In this document: positions 49,516-59,156 of the stretch, one piece after another
Layout: every line of letters begins with the position of its first letter
How positions within the stretch are numbered: the stretch's first letter is position 1
Program-made: the position numbers and the translations under genes
Source of the DNA: Proteobacteria bacterium UBA1148
GTDB taxonomy: Bacteria > Pseudomonadota > Gammaproteobacteria > Steroidobacterales > Rariloculaceae
Direction of reading: 5' to 3'
DNA length: 64,000 nucleotides
NCBI GenBank assembly: GCA_002311835.1
Contig: DBZY01000049.1
Location: 49,964-113,963 of the forward strand
Notes under the pieces: generated by a model
What the model was told of the DNA's origin: nothing
Database searches by the model: none
What the model saw: only the letters and a program-made list of their open reading frames with translations

Positions 49516-50398
49516 GCCCGTAATCGCCCGCTGGCGAGACTACTACTCTCTCACGAAACCTAGGGTGGTGCAGTTATTGGTTTTTACTGCGATCGTAGGG
49601 ATGTTTCTCGCGGCGCCTGGCATGGTGCCCTGGGACATTCTCTTGTTTGGCAGCTTGGGCATCGGATTTTCGGCAGCATCTGGAGCCGCAGTCAACCACA
49701 TTCTAGATCAGCGTCTGGATGCGGAGATGGTGCGGACGCGCGATCGACCCTTACCCACAGGGCGGATTAACGAAAAAGATGCCCTGACCTTTGCGATATG
49801 CCTAGGCTTTGTGGGTATAGCAGTACTGGTACTGTTGGTGAATCTGCTGACGGCGATGCTGACTTTTCTATCGCTCATCGGGTATGCGGTGGTTTATACC
49901 GTGTACCTGAAGCGAGCGACGCCTCAAAACATTGTTATTGGTGGTGCTGCGGGAGCCTCGCCCCCAGTTTTGGGTTGGACAGCCGTAACTAATGATGTCA
50001 CAGGATACGCGCTACTACTTTTCCTGATCATATTTACTTGGACGCCACCGCATTTCTGGGCGCTGGCGGTAGCGCGTAGAGATGACTATGCAAAAGCTGG
50101 TGTGCCAATGCTACCGGTTACCCATGGGTTAGAGGTCACAAAATCTTTCGTTTTGTACTATACGATTCTCCTGCTTCTTGTCTCGTTGCTCCCCTATCTA
50201 ACGGGTGTGGCGGGAGTTCTTTATTTTTTCGGTGCACTGCTCCTCGGTGTGGGGTTTCTCTACTATGCGATCCTGCTGAAGTACGGTAGGGCTGAAAACA
50301 TTGCCATGAGGACCTTTGCATATTCAATCAGCTATCTGATCGCGCTCTTTACCTTCTTGTTAGCCGATCACTATATTCCTACTTTTTGGCCCGAGTAG
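49484..50398 (+). CDS. cyoE: Protohaem IX farnesyltransferase (haem O synthase)
   Basis: It contains YYSLTKPRVV.LL.FT, the motif N...D...D..M.RT..RPLP.GR, and TPPHFWALA. It overlaps the ctaA 3' end by 32 nt. Confidence 0.88.
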   Translation: MLTKEFDTINEPVIARWRDYYSLTKPRVVQLLVFTAIVGMFLAAPGMVPWDILLFGSLGIGFSAASGAAVNHILDQRLDAEMVRTRDRPLPTGRINEKDALTFAICLGFVGIAVLVLLVNLLTAMLTFLSLIGYAVVYTVYLKRATPQNIVIGGAAGASPPVLGWTAVTNDVTGYALLLFLIIFTWTPPHFWALAVARRDDYAKAGVPMLPVTHGLEVTKSFVLYYTILLLLVSLLPYLTGVAGVLYFFGALLLGVGFLYYAILLKYGRAENIAMRTFAYSISYLIALFTFLLADHYIPTFWPE

Positions 50399-50428
50399 TT
50401 TTTCGACTCAAGAGGGCCTTCTTACATC

Positions 50429-52579
50429 ATGGACGTCACCGCGATCGTCGATCCACTGAATGATGCGCAGAGGGAAGCAGTAACTGCTCCGAAGCGCCCC
50501 ACGCTAGTGCTCGCAGGTGCCGGCAGCGGCAAGACTCGGGTGCTCGTACACCGTATTGCGTGGCTTATCTGCGTTGAGGGCCTTTCACCGCAACAGCTTC
50601 TTGCGGTCACGTTTACGAATAAAGCAGCCTCGGAAATGCGCCGAAGAATTGAAGCCCTTTTGGGATTTCCTACGAGACACTTTTGGATCGGAACATTTCA
50701 CGGTCTGGCTCACCGCTTGCTGAGAATCCACTGGCACGAGGCAGGTCTGGCAGAAGGGTTTCAGATAATGGATTCGGAGGATCAACTGCGTATGGTTCGC
50801 CGCTTACTAAAGAGGCTGGAACTAGACGAAAATGAGTGGATACCCCGGGAAATGCAGTGGTTTATAAACGCTCAAAAGGATGAGGGGCTCCGACCGGATC
50901 GGGTTAATGATGATGGGGACCTAAAGCGCGGCCAGATGATCGAATTTTATAAGCGTTACGAGAAAATGTGCGTAGATTCATCCATTGTTGATTTCGGCGA
51001 GCTTCTGTTGCGCGCGCTAGAATTGCTCAAGAAAAAGTCTGACATTCTCGGACAGTATCGTGCGCGATTCCATCATCTGCTAGTGGATGAGTTTCAGGAC
51101 ACCAACACGATTCAGTATCAATGGCTAAAGCTACTGGCAGGCACTGAGGGGACGCCTTTTGTCGTGGGAGATGATGACCAATCCATTTATCGTTGGCGTG
51201 GTGCGCGAGTCGAGAATCTTCATCTTTTTGAGAAGGATTTCAAAGGAACTCATATTGTAAGACTGGAGCAGAATTATCGTTCAACCGCCAATATCTTAAA
51301 TGCCGCAAACGCCATTATTACAAACAATAGTTCTCGATTAGGAAAAAAACTCTGGACTGAGGGAGATTCTGGAGAGCCTATCATGTTGTATCGCGCGTTT
51401 AATGAGCGAGATGAAGCAGAGTTCGTCATCAACCGTATTACAGATCACATTGAGCAGGGATACAAACGAAGTGAGATCGCAGTACTCTATCGATCCAATG
51501 CCCAATCTAGGGTTTTTGAAGAGGCTCTTCTTGCGGCTGGAATTCCGTACCGTGTCTACGGAGGACAAAGGTTTTTTGAGCGCGCCGAGATCAAAAATGC
51601 ACTAGCTTATTTGCGGCTCATCGCAAATCGGGATGATGATCCCTCATTCGAACGCGTCGTTAACACCCCTTCTCGCGGTGTTGGGGCTAGGACAATAGAG
51701 GCGGTACGAGCACATGCGGTACGACAAGATTCGAGCCTGTGGCGTGCGGCTGTTGCGATCATCAGTGACGACGAGCTTCCAAAGCGCTCTAGACGAGCGC
51801 TCTCGAAGTTTCTGCAGTTGGTGAATAGCTTGGACTCTGACACTGGTGAAATGCCTTTACACGATCAAGTTCGGTACATTACAGAGGCAAGTGGCCTGAT
51901 TGCGCATCATGGCCGTGATGGGCAGATGAGCGGAGAAGCTCGAATTGAGAATCTTGAGGAGCTTGTGAGCGCTGCGCGTGGGCTCATTCGTGATGATGAT
52001 TCTGAGTTACCTCCTCTGGCAGAATTTCTCTCCTACGCAGTGCTGGAGTCGGGAGAGGGACAAGCCGAGGCCTATGAGGATGGAGTCCAACTGATGACTC
52101 TCCATTCAGCAAAAGGCTTAGAATTTCCGCTGGTTTTTTTGTGTGGTTTGGAAGATGGTTTGTTTCCTCATCAGCGGTCTTTAAACGACATGGGCGGATT
52201 AGAGGAGGAACGGCGGCTGTGCTATGTGGGTCTAACCCGAGCTCAGAAGCGGGTTTTTCTGACTTATGCTGAGCAGAGACGCCTGTACGGAACCGATAAT
52301 TTTGGCCTGCCTTCCCGCTTTATTGGCGAGATCCCCCAGGAGCTTCTTGAGGAAGTGAGGCCTGCTCTTTCTGTATCCCGTCCTATTTACAGGCCGAAAA
52401 ATCCTCTCGAAGCTGCTGTAGCTATTGATCTCGGGCAGCGGGTTCGACACCAAAAGTTCGGTGATGGAGTCGTACTCAACTGTGAGGGCAGCGGATCTCA
52501 TGCCCGCGTTCAGGTTAATTTCGAGCGAGTCGGGACAAAATGGCTAGTGATTGCGTATGCCAACCTAGAACTGATGTAA
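50429..52579 (+). CDS. uvrD: DNA helicase II
   Basis: It reads LNDAQREAV......LVLAGAGSGKTRVL and has VDEFQDTN and NYRST. The C-terminal block G.RV.H.KFG.G.V.......GS.ARV.VNF...G.KWL...YA.L is characteristic of UvrD rather than Rep. Confidence 0.88.
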   Translation: MDVTAIVDPLNDAQREAVTAPKRPTLVLAGAGSGKTRVLVHRIAWLICVEGLSPQQLLAVTFTNKAASEMRRRIEALLGFPTRHFWIGTFHGLAHRLLRIHWHEAGLAEGFQIMDSEDQLRMVRRLLKRLELDENEWIPREMQWFINAQKDEGLRPDRVNDDGDLKRGQMIEFYKRYEKMCVDSSIVDFGELLLRALELLKKKSDILGQYRARFHHLLVDEFQDTNTIQYQWLKLLAGTEGTPFVVGDDDQSIYRWRGARVENLHLFEKDFKGTHIVRLEQNYRSTANILNAANAIITNNSSRLGKKLWTEGDSGEPIMLYRAFNERDEAEFVINRITDHIEQGYKRSEIAVLYRSNAQSRVFEEALLAAGIPYRVYGGQRFFERAEIKNALAYLRLIANRDDDPSFERVVNTPSRGVGARTIEAVRAHAVRQDSSLWRAAVAIISDDELPKRSRRALSKFLQLVNSLDSDTGEMPLHDQVRYITEASGLIAHHGRDGQMSGEARIENLEELVSAARGLIRDDDSELPPLAEFLSYAVLESGEGQAEAYEDGVQLMTLHSAKGLEFPLVFLCGLEDGLFPHQRSLNDMGGLEEERRLCYVGLTRAQKRVFLTYAEQRRLYGTDNFGLPSRFIGEIPQELLEEVRPALSVSRPIYRPKNPLEAAVAIDLGQRVRHQKFGDGVVLNCEGSGSHARVQVNFERVGTKWLVIAYANLELM

Positions 52580-52610
52580 ACTACGCGCCGATTTTGCGCA
52601 ACATCCCATC

Positions 52611-53972
52611 ATGAATATTCTAATTTTGGGTGCAGGACAAGTTGGTACCACGGTTGCCTATAGTTTGGCCCGTGAGGAAGCCAACGAGGTCACTATTGTT
52701 GATCGCGACCCCGAGGTATTGCGTGAGCTACAGGATCGTCTGGATGTACGTACCGTTCTAGGGCACGTGGCACACCCCGAAGTGCTCGAAAGGGCGGGTG
52801 CTGGGGACGCCGATATGATCATCGCGCTTACGAATAGCGATGAGGTCAACATAGTGGCCTGTCAGGTAGCGTATGCTCTTTTCCAAACCCCGAGGAAAAT
52901 TGCCAGAATCAGGGCGGCGGAATACACCAAGCATCAAATATTTTTTAAGGGCGAAGGTTTGCCGGTCGACTTCATTATAAGCCCGGAAGAGTTAGTGACC
53001 GAACACATTGAGGAGCTTATCCATTTCCCCGGAGCTCTCCAGGTTCTAGAGTTCGCGGAAGGTAGGGTGAGACTGGTGGCTGCGCGGGCTCATGAGGGCG
53101 GTGCATTGATTGGGCACCCTCTCAGGGAGCTATCAGATCACATCCCGAACGTAGAGTGCCGTGTTGTGGCTATCTATCGGGACGGAGAAGGGATCATCCC
53201 GGACGGGGATACCGTCGTAGAGGAAGATGACGAAGTTTTTTTTGTTGTCGCTCGCAAAGATATTCGATCTGTACTCAGCGAAATGCGTAAGCTCGATGAG
53301 CCAGTCAAACGTGTCGTCATCGCGGGCGGTGGGAACATTGGCATTCGCCTTGCAAAGGCGCTGGAGAATACCACCCAAGTTAAAGTTATTGAACGTAACC
53401 GCGACCGTGTTATAGCAGTGTCGGAGAGCCTCGACAAAGCTATTGTGTTACACGGTGATGCATCCAATGAGGAATTGTTGCTGGAGGAGAATATCGATAG
53501 TGCGGACGTGTTTGTATCCGTCACCAACTCGGAAGAGGGGAACATTCTTTCTGCCATGTTGGCAAAGCGTCTCGGTGCTCATAAAGTCATGGCGCTGATA
53601 AATAAACCAGTCTATGAGGAGCTATTGGCGGCAGGAACCGTAGATATTGCAATATCTCCGCAACAGATCACCTTGGGCGCACTGCTTGCTCATGTTCGGA
53701 GGGGGGACGTTGTTAAAGTCCATGCGCTCAGGCACGGTGCTGCTGAAGCGATCGAAGCGGTTGCACACGGGGATGAGAGTAAGTCACGAGTGGTGGGCAG
53801 AGCTATAGAAGACGTCCACCTGCCCAATGGTGCAACCATTAGCGCCATCGTTCGGGGGGATGATGTGCTTATGGCTCACCACGATACAGTGATAGAAGAA
53901 GATGATCACCTTATTCTATTCATGTCTGATCGTCGGCAAATCGATCAAGTCGAGCAATTGTTCGAGATTTAA
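52611..53972 (+). CDS. trkA: Trk potassium uptake system NAD-binding protein TrkA
   Basis: It contains two Rossmann repeats (MNILILGAGQVG and VVIAGGGNIG), each followed by a TrkA-C domain. Length is 453 aa. Confidence 0.92.
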   Translation: MNILILGAGQVGTTVAYSLAREEANEVTIVDRDPEVLRELQDRLDVRTVLGHVAHPEVLERAGAGDADMIIALTNSDEVNIVACQVAYALFQTPRKIARIRAAEYTKHQIFFKGEGLPVDFIISPEELVTEHIEELIHFPGALQVLEFAEGRVRLVAARAHEGGALIGHPLRELSDHIPNVECRVVAIYRDGEGIIPDGDTVVEEDDEVFFVVARKDIRSVLSEMRKLDEPVKRVVIAGGGNIGIRLAKALENTTQVKVIERNRDRVIAVSESLDKAIVLHGDASNEELLLEENIDSADVFVSVTNSEEGNILSAMLAKRLGAHKVMALINKPVYEELLAAGTVDIAISPQQITLGALLAHVRRGDVVKVHALRHGAAEAIEAVAHGDESKSRVVGRAIEDVHLPNGATISAIVRGDDVLMAHHDTVIEEDDHLILFMSDRRQIDQVEQLFEI

Positions 53973-54012
53973 GTGAGCTTCTCTTGAGTACGGGGACTCA
54001 CTCCTTCTACCT

Positions 54013-55464
54013 ATGACAAGATCTTCTGTCCAACGCATCATTGGTTTATTGCTGGCCATGTTCAGCGCCACGATGCTGATCCCCATAGTTGTGTCGCTCA
54101 TCTTTGCTGATGGTGTCTGGCGGGCTTTCGCCGGGTCCTTCTTAATTATTCTGGGATGCGGAATAGTTATATGGTGGCCGGTGCGCGGCGAGAGGCGCGA
54201 GTTGCGATTACGAGACGGTTTTCTAGTGGTAGCGCTCTTCTGGGCTGTGCTGGGGATGTTTGGGGCTACGCCTTTTCTGCTAGTGGATAATCCTCAGATG
54301 AGCTTCACTGATGCGGTCTTTGAGTCGGTATCGGGGCTCACGACCACCGGTGCCACGGTTTTGTCTGGCCTCGACGTGCTGCCCAAATCGATCCTCTATT
54401 ACCGACAACAGCTTCAATGGTTTGGGGGCTTGGGGATCATCGTTCTTGCAGTTGCAGTGCTACCGATGCTCGGGGTTGGAGGCATGCAGTTGTATCGAGC
54501 AGAGACTCCAGGCCCTGTAAAGGATACGAAGCTGACTCCACGTATCATGGAAACGGCGAAGGCTCTTTGGTACGTTTACCTTGGTATCACTGTTGTATGC
54601 GGATTTGCCTACTGGGCAGCGGGCATGAGTATTTTTGATGCGATTTGCCACGCCTTTAGCACGGTAGCTATCGGGGGATTCTCGACCTATGACGCGAGTA
54701 TCGGGCACTTCAACAGTCCGTTAATCGATATGCTCGCAGTTATCTTCATGTTTATCGCAGGGGTTAATTTTTCTCTACATTTTTTGGCATGGCGCCACAG
54801 ATCAGTGGGACACTATTTGATAGATCCGGAGTTTCGCACTTACCTAAAGTTTTTAGTTTGGCTTACGCTTTTAGTTCTTCTTTATCTCTACTGGACCGGA
54901 CACTATTCCACTTTCTTAGAGACGGTTACGAAGGGACTATTCCAGGTTATATCTATTGGTACGACGACAGGCTTCACTACCACTGATTTCACTGTCTGGC
55001 CAGGAGCTCTTCCAGTTATTTTAATTCTTTCCAGCTTTATTGGAGGTTGTGCGGGATCAACCGCCGGAGGCATAAAAGTCATTCGCTGGTTACTCATGTA
55101 CAGACAAGGAATTAGAGAGGTTCAAAGATTAGTTCACCCTAGCGCCGAGATCCCGGTGAAGTTGGGCTCGAAGGTTGTTCATCATCGCGTCGTCGAAGCT
55201 GTGTGGGGATTTTTTGCGGTTTATATTGTGGTTTTCGGGGTGTTGCTCATCGTTCAGTTGGCGAGTGGCTTGGATCAAGTTTCTTCTTTCGCCGCCGTTG
55301 CAGCAACATTGAACAATCTAGGGCCTGGCTTAGGTGAGGTTGCTTCAGGATTTGCTGGTGTGAGCATCGTGGGCAAATGGTCCGCGGTTTGCGGAATGCT
55401 GCTCGGAAGATTAGAAATCTTTACCTTCCTGGTATTGATTACGCCCACATTCTGGAGGCCTTGA
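54013..55464 (+). CDS. trkH: Trk system potassium uptake protein TrkH
   Basis: 483 aa and polytopic. Pore-loop-like motifs are present (SGLTTTGATV, GGFST, TTTGFTT, NNLGPGLG). Confidence 0.9.
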   Translation: MTRSSVQRIIGLLLAMFSATMLIPIVVSLIFADGVWRAFAGSFLIILGCGIVIWWPVRGERRELRLRDGFLVVALFWAVLGMFGATPFLLVDNPQMSFTDAVFESVSGLTTTGATVLSGLDVLPKSILYYRQQLQWFGGLGIIVLAVAVLPMLGVGGMQLYRAETPGPVKDTKLTPRIMETAKALWYVYLGITVVCGFAYWAAGMSIFDAICHAFSTVAIGGFSTYDASIGHFNSPLIDMLAVIFMFIAGVNFSLHFLAWRHRSVGHYLIDPEFRTYLKFLVWLTLLVLLYLYWTGHYSTFLETVTKGLFQVISIGTTTGFTTTDFTVWPGALPVILILSSFIGGCAGSTAGGIKVIRWLLMYRQGIREVQRLVHPSAEIPVKLGSKVVHHRVVEAVWGFFAVYIVVFGVLLIVQLASGLDQVSSFAAVAATLNNLGPGLGEVASGFAGVSIVGKWSAVCGMLLGRLEIFTFLVLITPTFWRP

Positions 55465-55465
55465 T

Positions 55466-55831
55466 GTGAGTACTGTGGAGAGATTCGAGGCTATATTGAA
55501 GGATGGTGCTGACAGTGCAAGCTTGCGGTTCGCACTTGGAACCGAATACATGAAGCTTGCTGACTTTGAAACAGAGGCCTCGCCACAATCAATAACAGCG
55601 CGGGCTCTACTTCGGACTCGCGCTATTGAACACCTGCGGGCAGCGGTAGTAATGGATTCGGAGTATTCAGCTGCGTGGAAGTCTCTGGGTAGAGCAGAGA
55701 CAGATGCAGGTCTGCAAAAAGATGCCGTTAAGAGCTATCAAAAAGGTATTCATGCGGCCACCCAGCATGGTGACGTACAAGCCGCACGAGAAATGAAAGT
55801 TTTTCTCAAGCGCTTACAACGGCATGGTTGA
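55466..55831 (+). CDS. Small cytoplasmic TPR-like protein (121 aa)
   Basis: Two TPR-like units are visible (ASLRFALGTEYMKLADFE...AIEHLRAAVVMDSEY and AAWKSLGRAETDAGLQKDAVKSYQKGI). There is no hydrophobic signal sequence. It uses a GTG start 2 nt after the trkH stop. Confidence 0.5.
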   Translation: MSTVERFEAILKDGADSASLRFALGTEYMKLADFETEASPQSITARALLRTRAIEHLRAAVVMDSEYSAAWKSLGRAETDAGLQKDAVKSYQKGIHAATQHGDVQAAREMKVFLKRLQRHG

Positions 55832-55869
55832 GCATGCTGCGTGTTTCTAGCGTTAGGGGAAGGAGTGTG

Positions 55870-56418
55870 ATGCTGGGGCTGAAAGAAGCTCTTGAGCGGC
55901 TTAGCGAACTCACCGGGGCAGTCGTGGCCTGGCTTACTGTTTTGATGGTGGGTGGCACCTTTGTCATCGTTGTACTCCGCTATGCTTTCGATCTCGGCTG
56001 GATTGCTATGCAAGAAAGTATTACTTGGATGCATGCGGCGGTTTTTATGCTCGGAGCGGCCTACACCCTGAAACGGGATGGGCATGTCCGAGTCGATATC
56101 TTCTATCGCAATATGTCGGACCATAACAAGGCTTTAGTAGATCTGGTAGGGACGGCGATTTTGCTCTTGCCAATGACCATATTTTTAACCGTCTCAAGCT
56201 GGGATTATGTGTCAACGTCTTGGGCTATCGGGGAGGCTTCCCGTGAAGCTGGGGGATTACCATATCCGTTTGTCCCAATACTAAAAAGTATCATCCCCGC
56301 CACTGCAATTATGCTGATTTTGCAAGGTATCGCGAACTCCATTGCTGCCATCATGATTTTGGCGAATCAAATGCCATCGACGCCAGAAAGCGATGCTCCT
56401 CAGAGTGACGTGATCTAA
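55870..56418 (+). CDS. TRAP transporter small permease (DctQ family)
   Basis: 182 aa with four hydrophobic helices. AAGGAG lies 5-6 nt upstream of the ATG at 55870. A TAATG overlap leads into the DctM gene. Confidence 0.75.
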   Translation: MLGLKEALERLSELTGAVVAWLTVLMVGGTFVIVVLRYAFDLGWIAMQESITWMHAAVFMLGAAYTLKRDGHVRVDIFYRNMSDHNKALVDLVGTAILLLPMTIFLTVSSWDYVSTSWAIGEASREAGGLPYPFVPILKSIIPATAIMLILQGIANSIAAIMILANQMPSTPESDAPQSDVI

Positions 56419-57791
56419 TGGAGTGGATAGCCCTTTTAATGTTTGTCGTGGTAGTGATTGTGCTGCTCGCAGGATTTCCTGTCGCATTTTCTCTTGGTGG
56501 AATTGCGCTGATATTCGCTTGGGTTGGGGCATTACTTGGGATTTTCGATGCCGCTTTTCTTGGCACCATGCCCAACCGGGTGTTTGGAATCATGAGTAAC
56601 CAGACATTGATGGCTGTGCCACTGTTCGTTTTCATGGGCATCACGCTGGAGCGTGCCAAAATTGCCGAAAACCTCCTAGACAGTCTCAGCCGTTTGTTTG
56701 GCCAGTTGCGTGGTGGACTTGGCATCTCGGTCACTATTGTGGGGATGCTGCTCGCGGCGAGCACTGGAATTGTAGGAGCAACGGTGGTCACCATGGGGCT
56801 CCTCTCACTACCAACCATGCTACGTCGTGGCTACGATCCAGCAATAGCGACCGGCATCATTTGTGCATCGGGCACCCTCGGTCAGATAATTCCACCATCG
56901 ATTATTCTGGTACTGCTAGGGGACGTGTTGTCGTCTGCCTATAGCCAGTCGCAGCTCAATCAGGGTATTTTTTCTCCAGACACGGTGTCTGTCGGAGATT
57001 TATTCCTCGGCGCTCTGGTTCCCGGGCTCGCGCTCGTCGGACTTTATATTATTTATCTAATTGGGATCGCCATTGTAAGGCCTGAGACTATGCCTCCTCA
57101 TGAGAGTTCGGAATCCGAGAAGGCTGGTTTGAGAGAAGTGGTATCCGCTCTTTTCCCTCCTTTGATATTGATTCTTGCGGTACTGGGATCAATCATCGCC
57201 GGACTGGCAACCCCCACGGAAGCTGCCGCTGTTGGCGCTATGGGGGCCCTTCTATTGGCTCTGGTGAAAGGTCGGTTTTCCATGGGACGCTTAGTCGAGG
57301 TCATGGAGAGCACAGTTCGTATCAGTAGCATGGTTTTTCTAATCTTAATCGGTGCGTCGATATTCTCATTAGTTTTTAGAGGCTACGGTGGCGACAGTTT
57401 GGTCCATGAACTGCTCTTGAATTTACCGGGCGGTGTCGTTGGCGCCATGCTTACTGTAATGCTCTTGATGTTCCTACTAGGCTTTGTGCTCGATTTTATT
57501 GAGATAACTTTTGTTGTGGTACCCATCGTTGGCCCCATCCTATTAACAATGGGGATTGATCCCATTTGGTTGGGCGTGATGATTGCTATCAATTTGCAAA
57601 CATCCTTTTTGACGCCTCCCTTCGGATTTGCGTTGTTCTATTTGCGTGGAGTAGCTCCGGAAAGCGTTGAGACAAGGGACATTTATCGCGGCGTGATGCC
57701 CTTCGTCGCCATACAATTATTAGCTTTGGCGGCTCTGGCTCTTTTTCCGGGGCTTGCCACGTGGTTGCCCTCGGTGGTCTATGGACGCTAA
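56418..57791 (+). CDS. TRAP transporter large permease (DctM family)
   Basis: 457 aa with about 12-13 transmembrane segments and a typical DctM pattern (..MPLFVFMG..., ...FGFALFYLRGVAP...). Confidence 0.88.
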   Translation: MEWIALLMFVVVVIVLLAGFPVAFSLGGIALIFAWVGALLGIFDAAFLGTMPNRVFGIMSNQTLMAVPLFVFMGITLERAKIAENLLDSLSRLFGQLRGGLGISVTIVGMLLAASTGIVGATVVTMGLLSLPTMLRRGYDPAIATGIICASGTLGQIIPPSIILVLLGDVLSSAYSQSQLNQGIFSPDTVSVGDLFLGALVPGLALVGLYIIYLIGIAIVRPETMPPHESSESEKAGLREVVSALFPPLILILAVLGSIIAGLATPTEAAAVGAMGALLLALVKGRFSMGRLVEVMESTVRISSMVFLILIGASIFSLVFRGYGGDSLVHELLLNLPGGVVGAMLTVMLLMFLLGFVLDFIEITFVVVPIVGPILLTMGIDPIWLGVMIAINLQTSFLTPPFGFALFYLRGVAPESVETRDIYRGVMPFVAIQLLALAALALFPGLATWLPSVVYGR

Positions 57792-57813
57792 GGCGTTATC
57801 CGGAGTAGCAGTT

Positions 57814-58074
57814 CTAGTCGGTTTTTTTCTTGACGTCTAGTAACCACCATGCCAGAAAGCCGTAAATCATCAGCACGGTTGCAATGGTGATGAATGGCAG
57901 GGGGGGCAACCAGATAGGTATATCGGCAATGCTTTCATACGGTCCCAGAGCGGGCGCTATAGCTGCGCCGGCGAACAGTCCGATGAAAATACCGATGGCT
58001 AGCTTTGGCTGGTTTCGCCAGGCCAATCCCCACAGAATTAGAAAGATAACAAAGATGATTATTGCCCAAGGCAT
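57814..58074 (-). CDS. Small 3-TM membrane protein at the distal end of the oxidase cluster (unknown family)
   Basis: 86 aa from the ATG at 58074 (MPWAIIIFVIFLILWGLAW...). It has three hydrophobic segments and starts 7 nt after the stop of the subunit IV-like gene. Longer starts at 58104 or 58134 are possible. Confidence 0.4.
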   Translation of the reverse strand: MPWAIIIFVIFLILWGLAWRNQPKLAIGIFIGLFAGAAIAPALGPYESIADIPIWLPPLPFITIATVLMIYGFLAWWLLDVKKKTD

Positions 58075-58081
58075 TTCTAGC

Positions 58082-58441
58082 CTAGTGTCCTTCCTCAGTG
58101 GCATGTTCTTGTGCCACGAAGTTTGTCTCACCAAAGAAGTTCAGCCGGGTAAGTAAAGTATAGTCACCTTCCACGGCCATAAGCCCAATCAGGAAGAGAA
58201 GCAAAACTGGTGGTCCTAAAATTGCATAGATTAAGGCAACACGTTCCCATGCCATATGCATGAAGATCGCAATGATAAAGCCTGCCTTCGCAAGCATGAA
58301 GATAAGGATTAATGACCATCTCAGGTAGCTTTCAAATCCCAGGTAATCTACAAGATATGAAAGTGTGCTGAGTACGAACAGCAGTAGCCATACCCAGAGA
58401 TAGATGCTGAGAGAGTGTTCTTGGTGTCCTTCCGCTGCCAT
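58082..58441 (-). CDS. Prokaryotic cytochrome c oxidase subunit IV-family membrane protein
   Basis: About 119 aa with three transmembrane segments. The N-terminal H-rich segment followed by SIYLWVWLLLFVLSTLSYLV resembles the bacterial COX4_pro pattern. Its position after the subunit III genes supports this. The start is ambiguous (ATG 58441 or TTG 58456). Confidence 0.55.
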   Translation of the reverse strand: MAAEGHQEHSLSIYLWVWLLLFVLSTLSYLVDYLGFESYLRWSLILIFMLAKAGFIIAIFMHMAWERVALIYAILGPPVLLLFLIGLMAVEGDYTLLTRLNFFGETNFVAQEHATEEGH

Positions 58442-58449
58442 ATGGTTTT

Positions 58450-59142
58450 CTACCAAAGATAAAAGAATGCAAAAATGAATACCCAGACAAGGTCAACAAA
58501 ATGCCAGTAAAGCCCGGTAATCTCCACGATTTCGTAATTGCCCGAGGCCTCATAATCTCCTTTGAGTACTTTTAATGCGACGACGCTTAGATAGATGACC
58601 CCAATAGAGACATGTGCGCCATGGAAGCCAGTGATCATAAAAAAACTCGAGCCGAACTGAGCAGCTCCCATAGGATTTCCCCAGGGGCGTACGCCCTCTT
58701 CCACAATTAGCTTCACCCACTCAAAGGCCTGCATGCCCACAAAAGTCGCCCCGAATGCGGCGGTAATGAACATTAGAGCCGCGGTCTTAGCCCGATCTTG
58801 CCGGTAACCGTAGTTAACAGCCAACGCCATCGTGCCGCTGCTGGTAATCAAGATAAAGGTCATGATAGCGATTAGGATCAGTGGGATGGGGTCCCCTCCA
58901 AAACTCAGAGCAAAAACTTCGCTCGGATTTGGCCAAGGCACTCGTGTTGACATCCGCACGTTCATGTAGGAGGTCAGAAAGCAAGCGAAAATGAAAGTGT
59001 CGCTCAGGAGGAAAATCCACATCATGGCTTTTCCCCATGGAACCTGAAACGTTTGTTTGTCGGCACTCCAGTCGCGTGTAAAGTCTTGGAAGCCTTCGGG
59101 CAGTGCGAAAGTCGCTCCTGATTCAGACGAGTTAGATCCCAT
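58450..59142 (-). CDS. Haem-copper oxidase subunit III
   Basis: 230 aa and polytopic. It has the typical subunit III C-terminal motifs (TGFHGAHV.IG, YWHFVD.VW.F.F...Y). Confidence 0.85.
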   Translation of the reverse strand: MGSNSSESGATFALPEGFQDFTRDWSADKQTFQVPWGKAMMWIFLLSDTFIFACFLTSYMNVRMSTRVPWPNPSEVFALSFGGDPIPLILIAIMTFILITSSGTMALAVNYGYRQDRAKTAALMFITAAFGATFVGMQAFEWVKLIVEEGVRPWGNPMGAAQFGSSFFMITGFHGAHVSIGVIYLSVVALKVLKGDYEASGNYEIVEITGLYWHFVDLVWVFIFAFFYLW

Positions 59143-59156
59143 ACGACCTTAACTCT

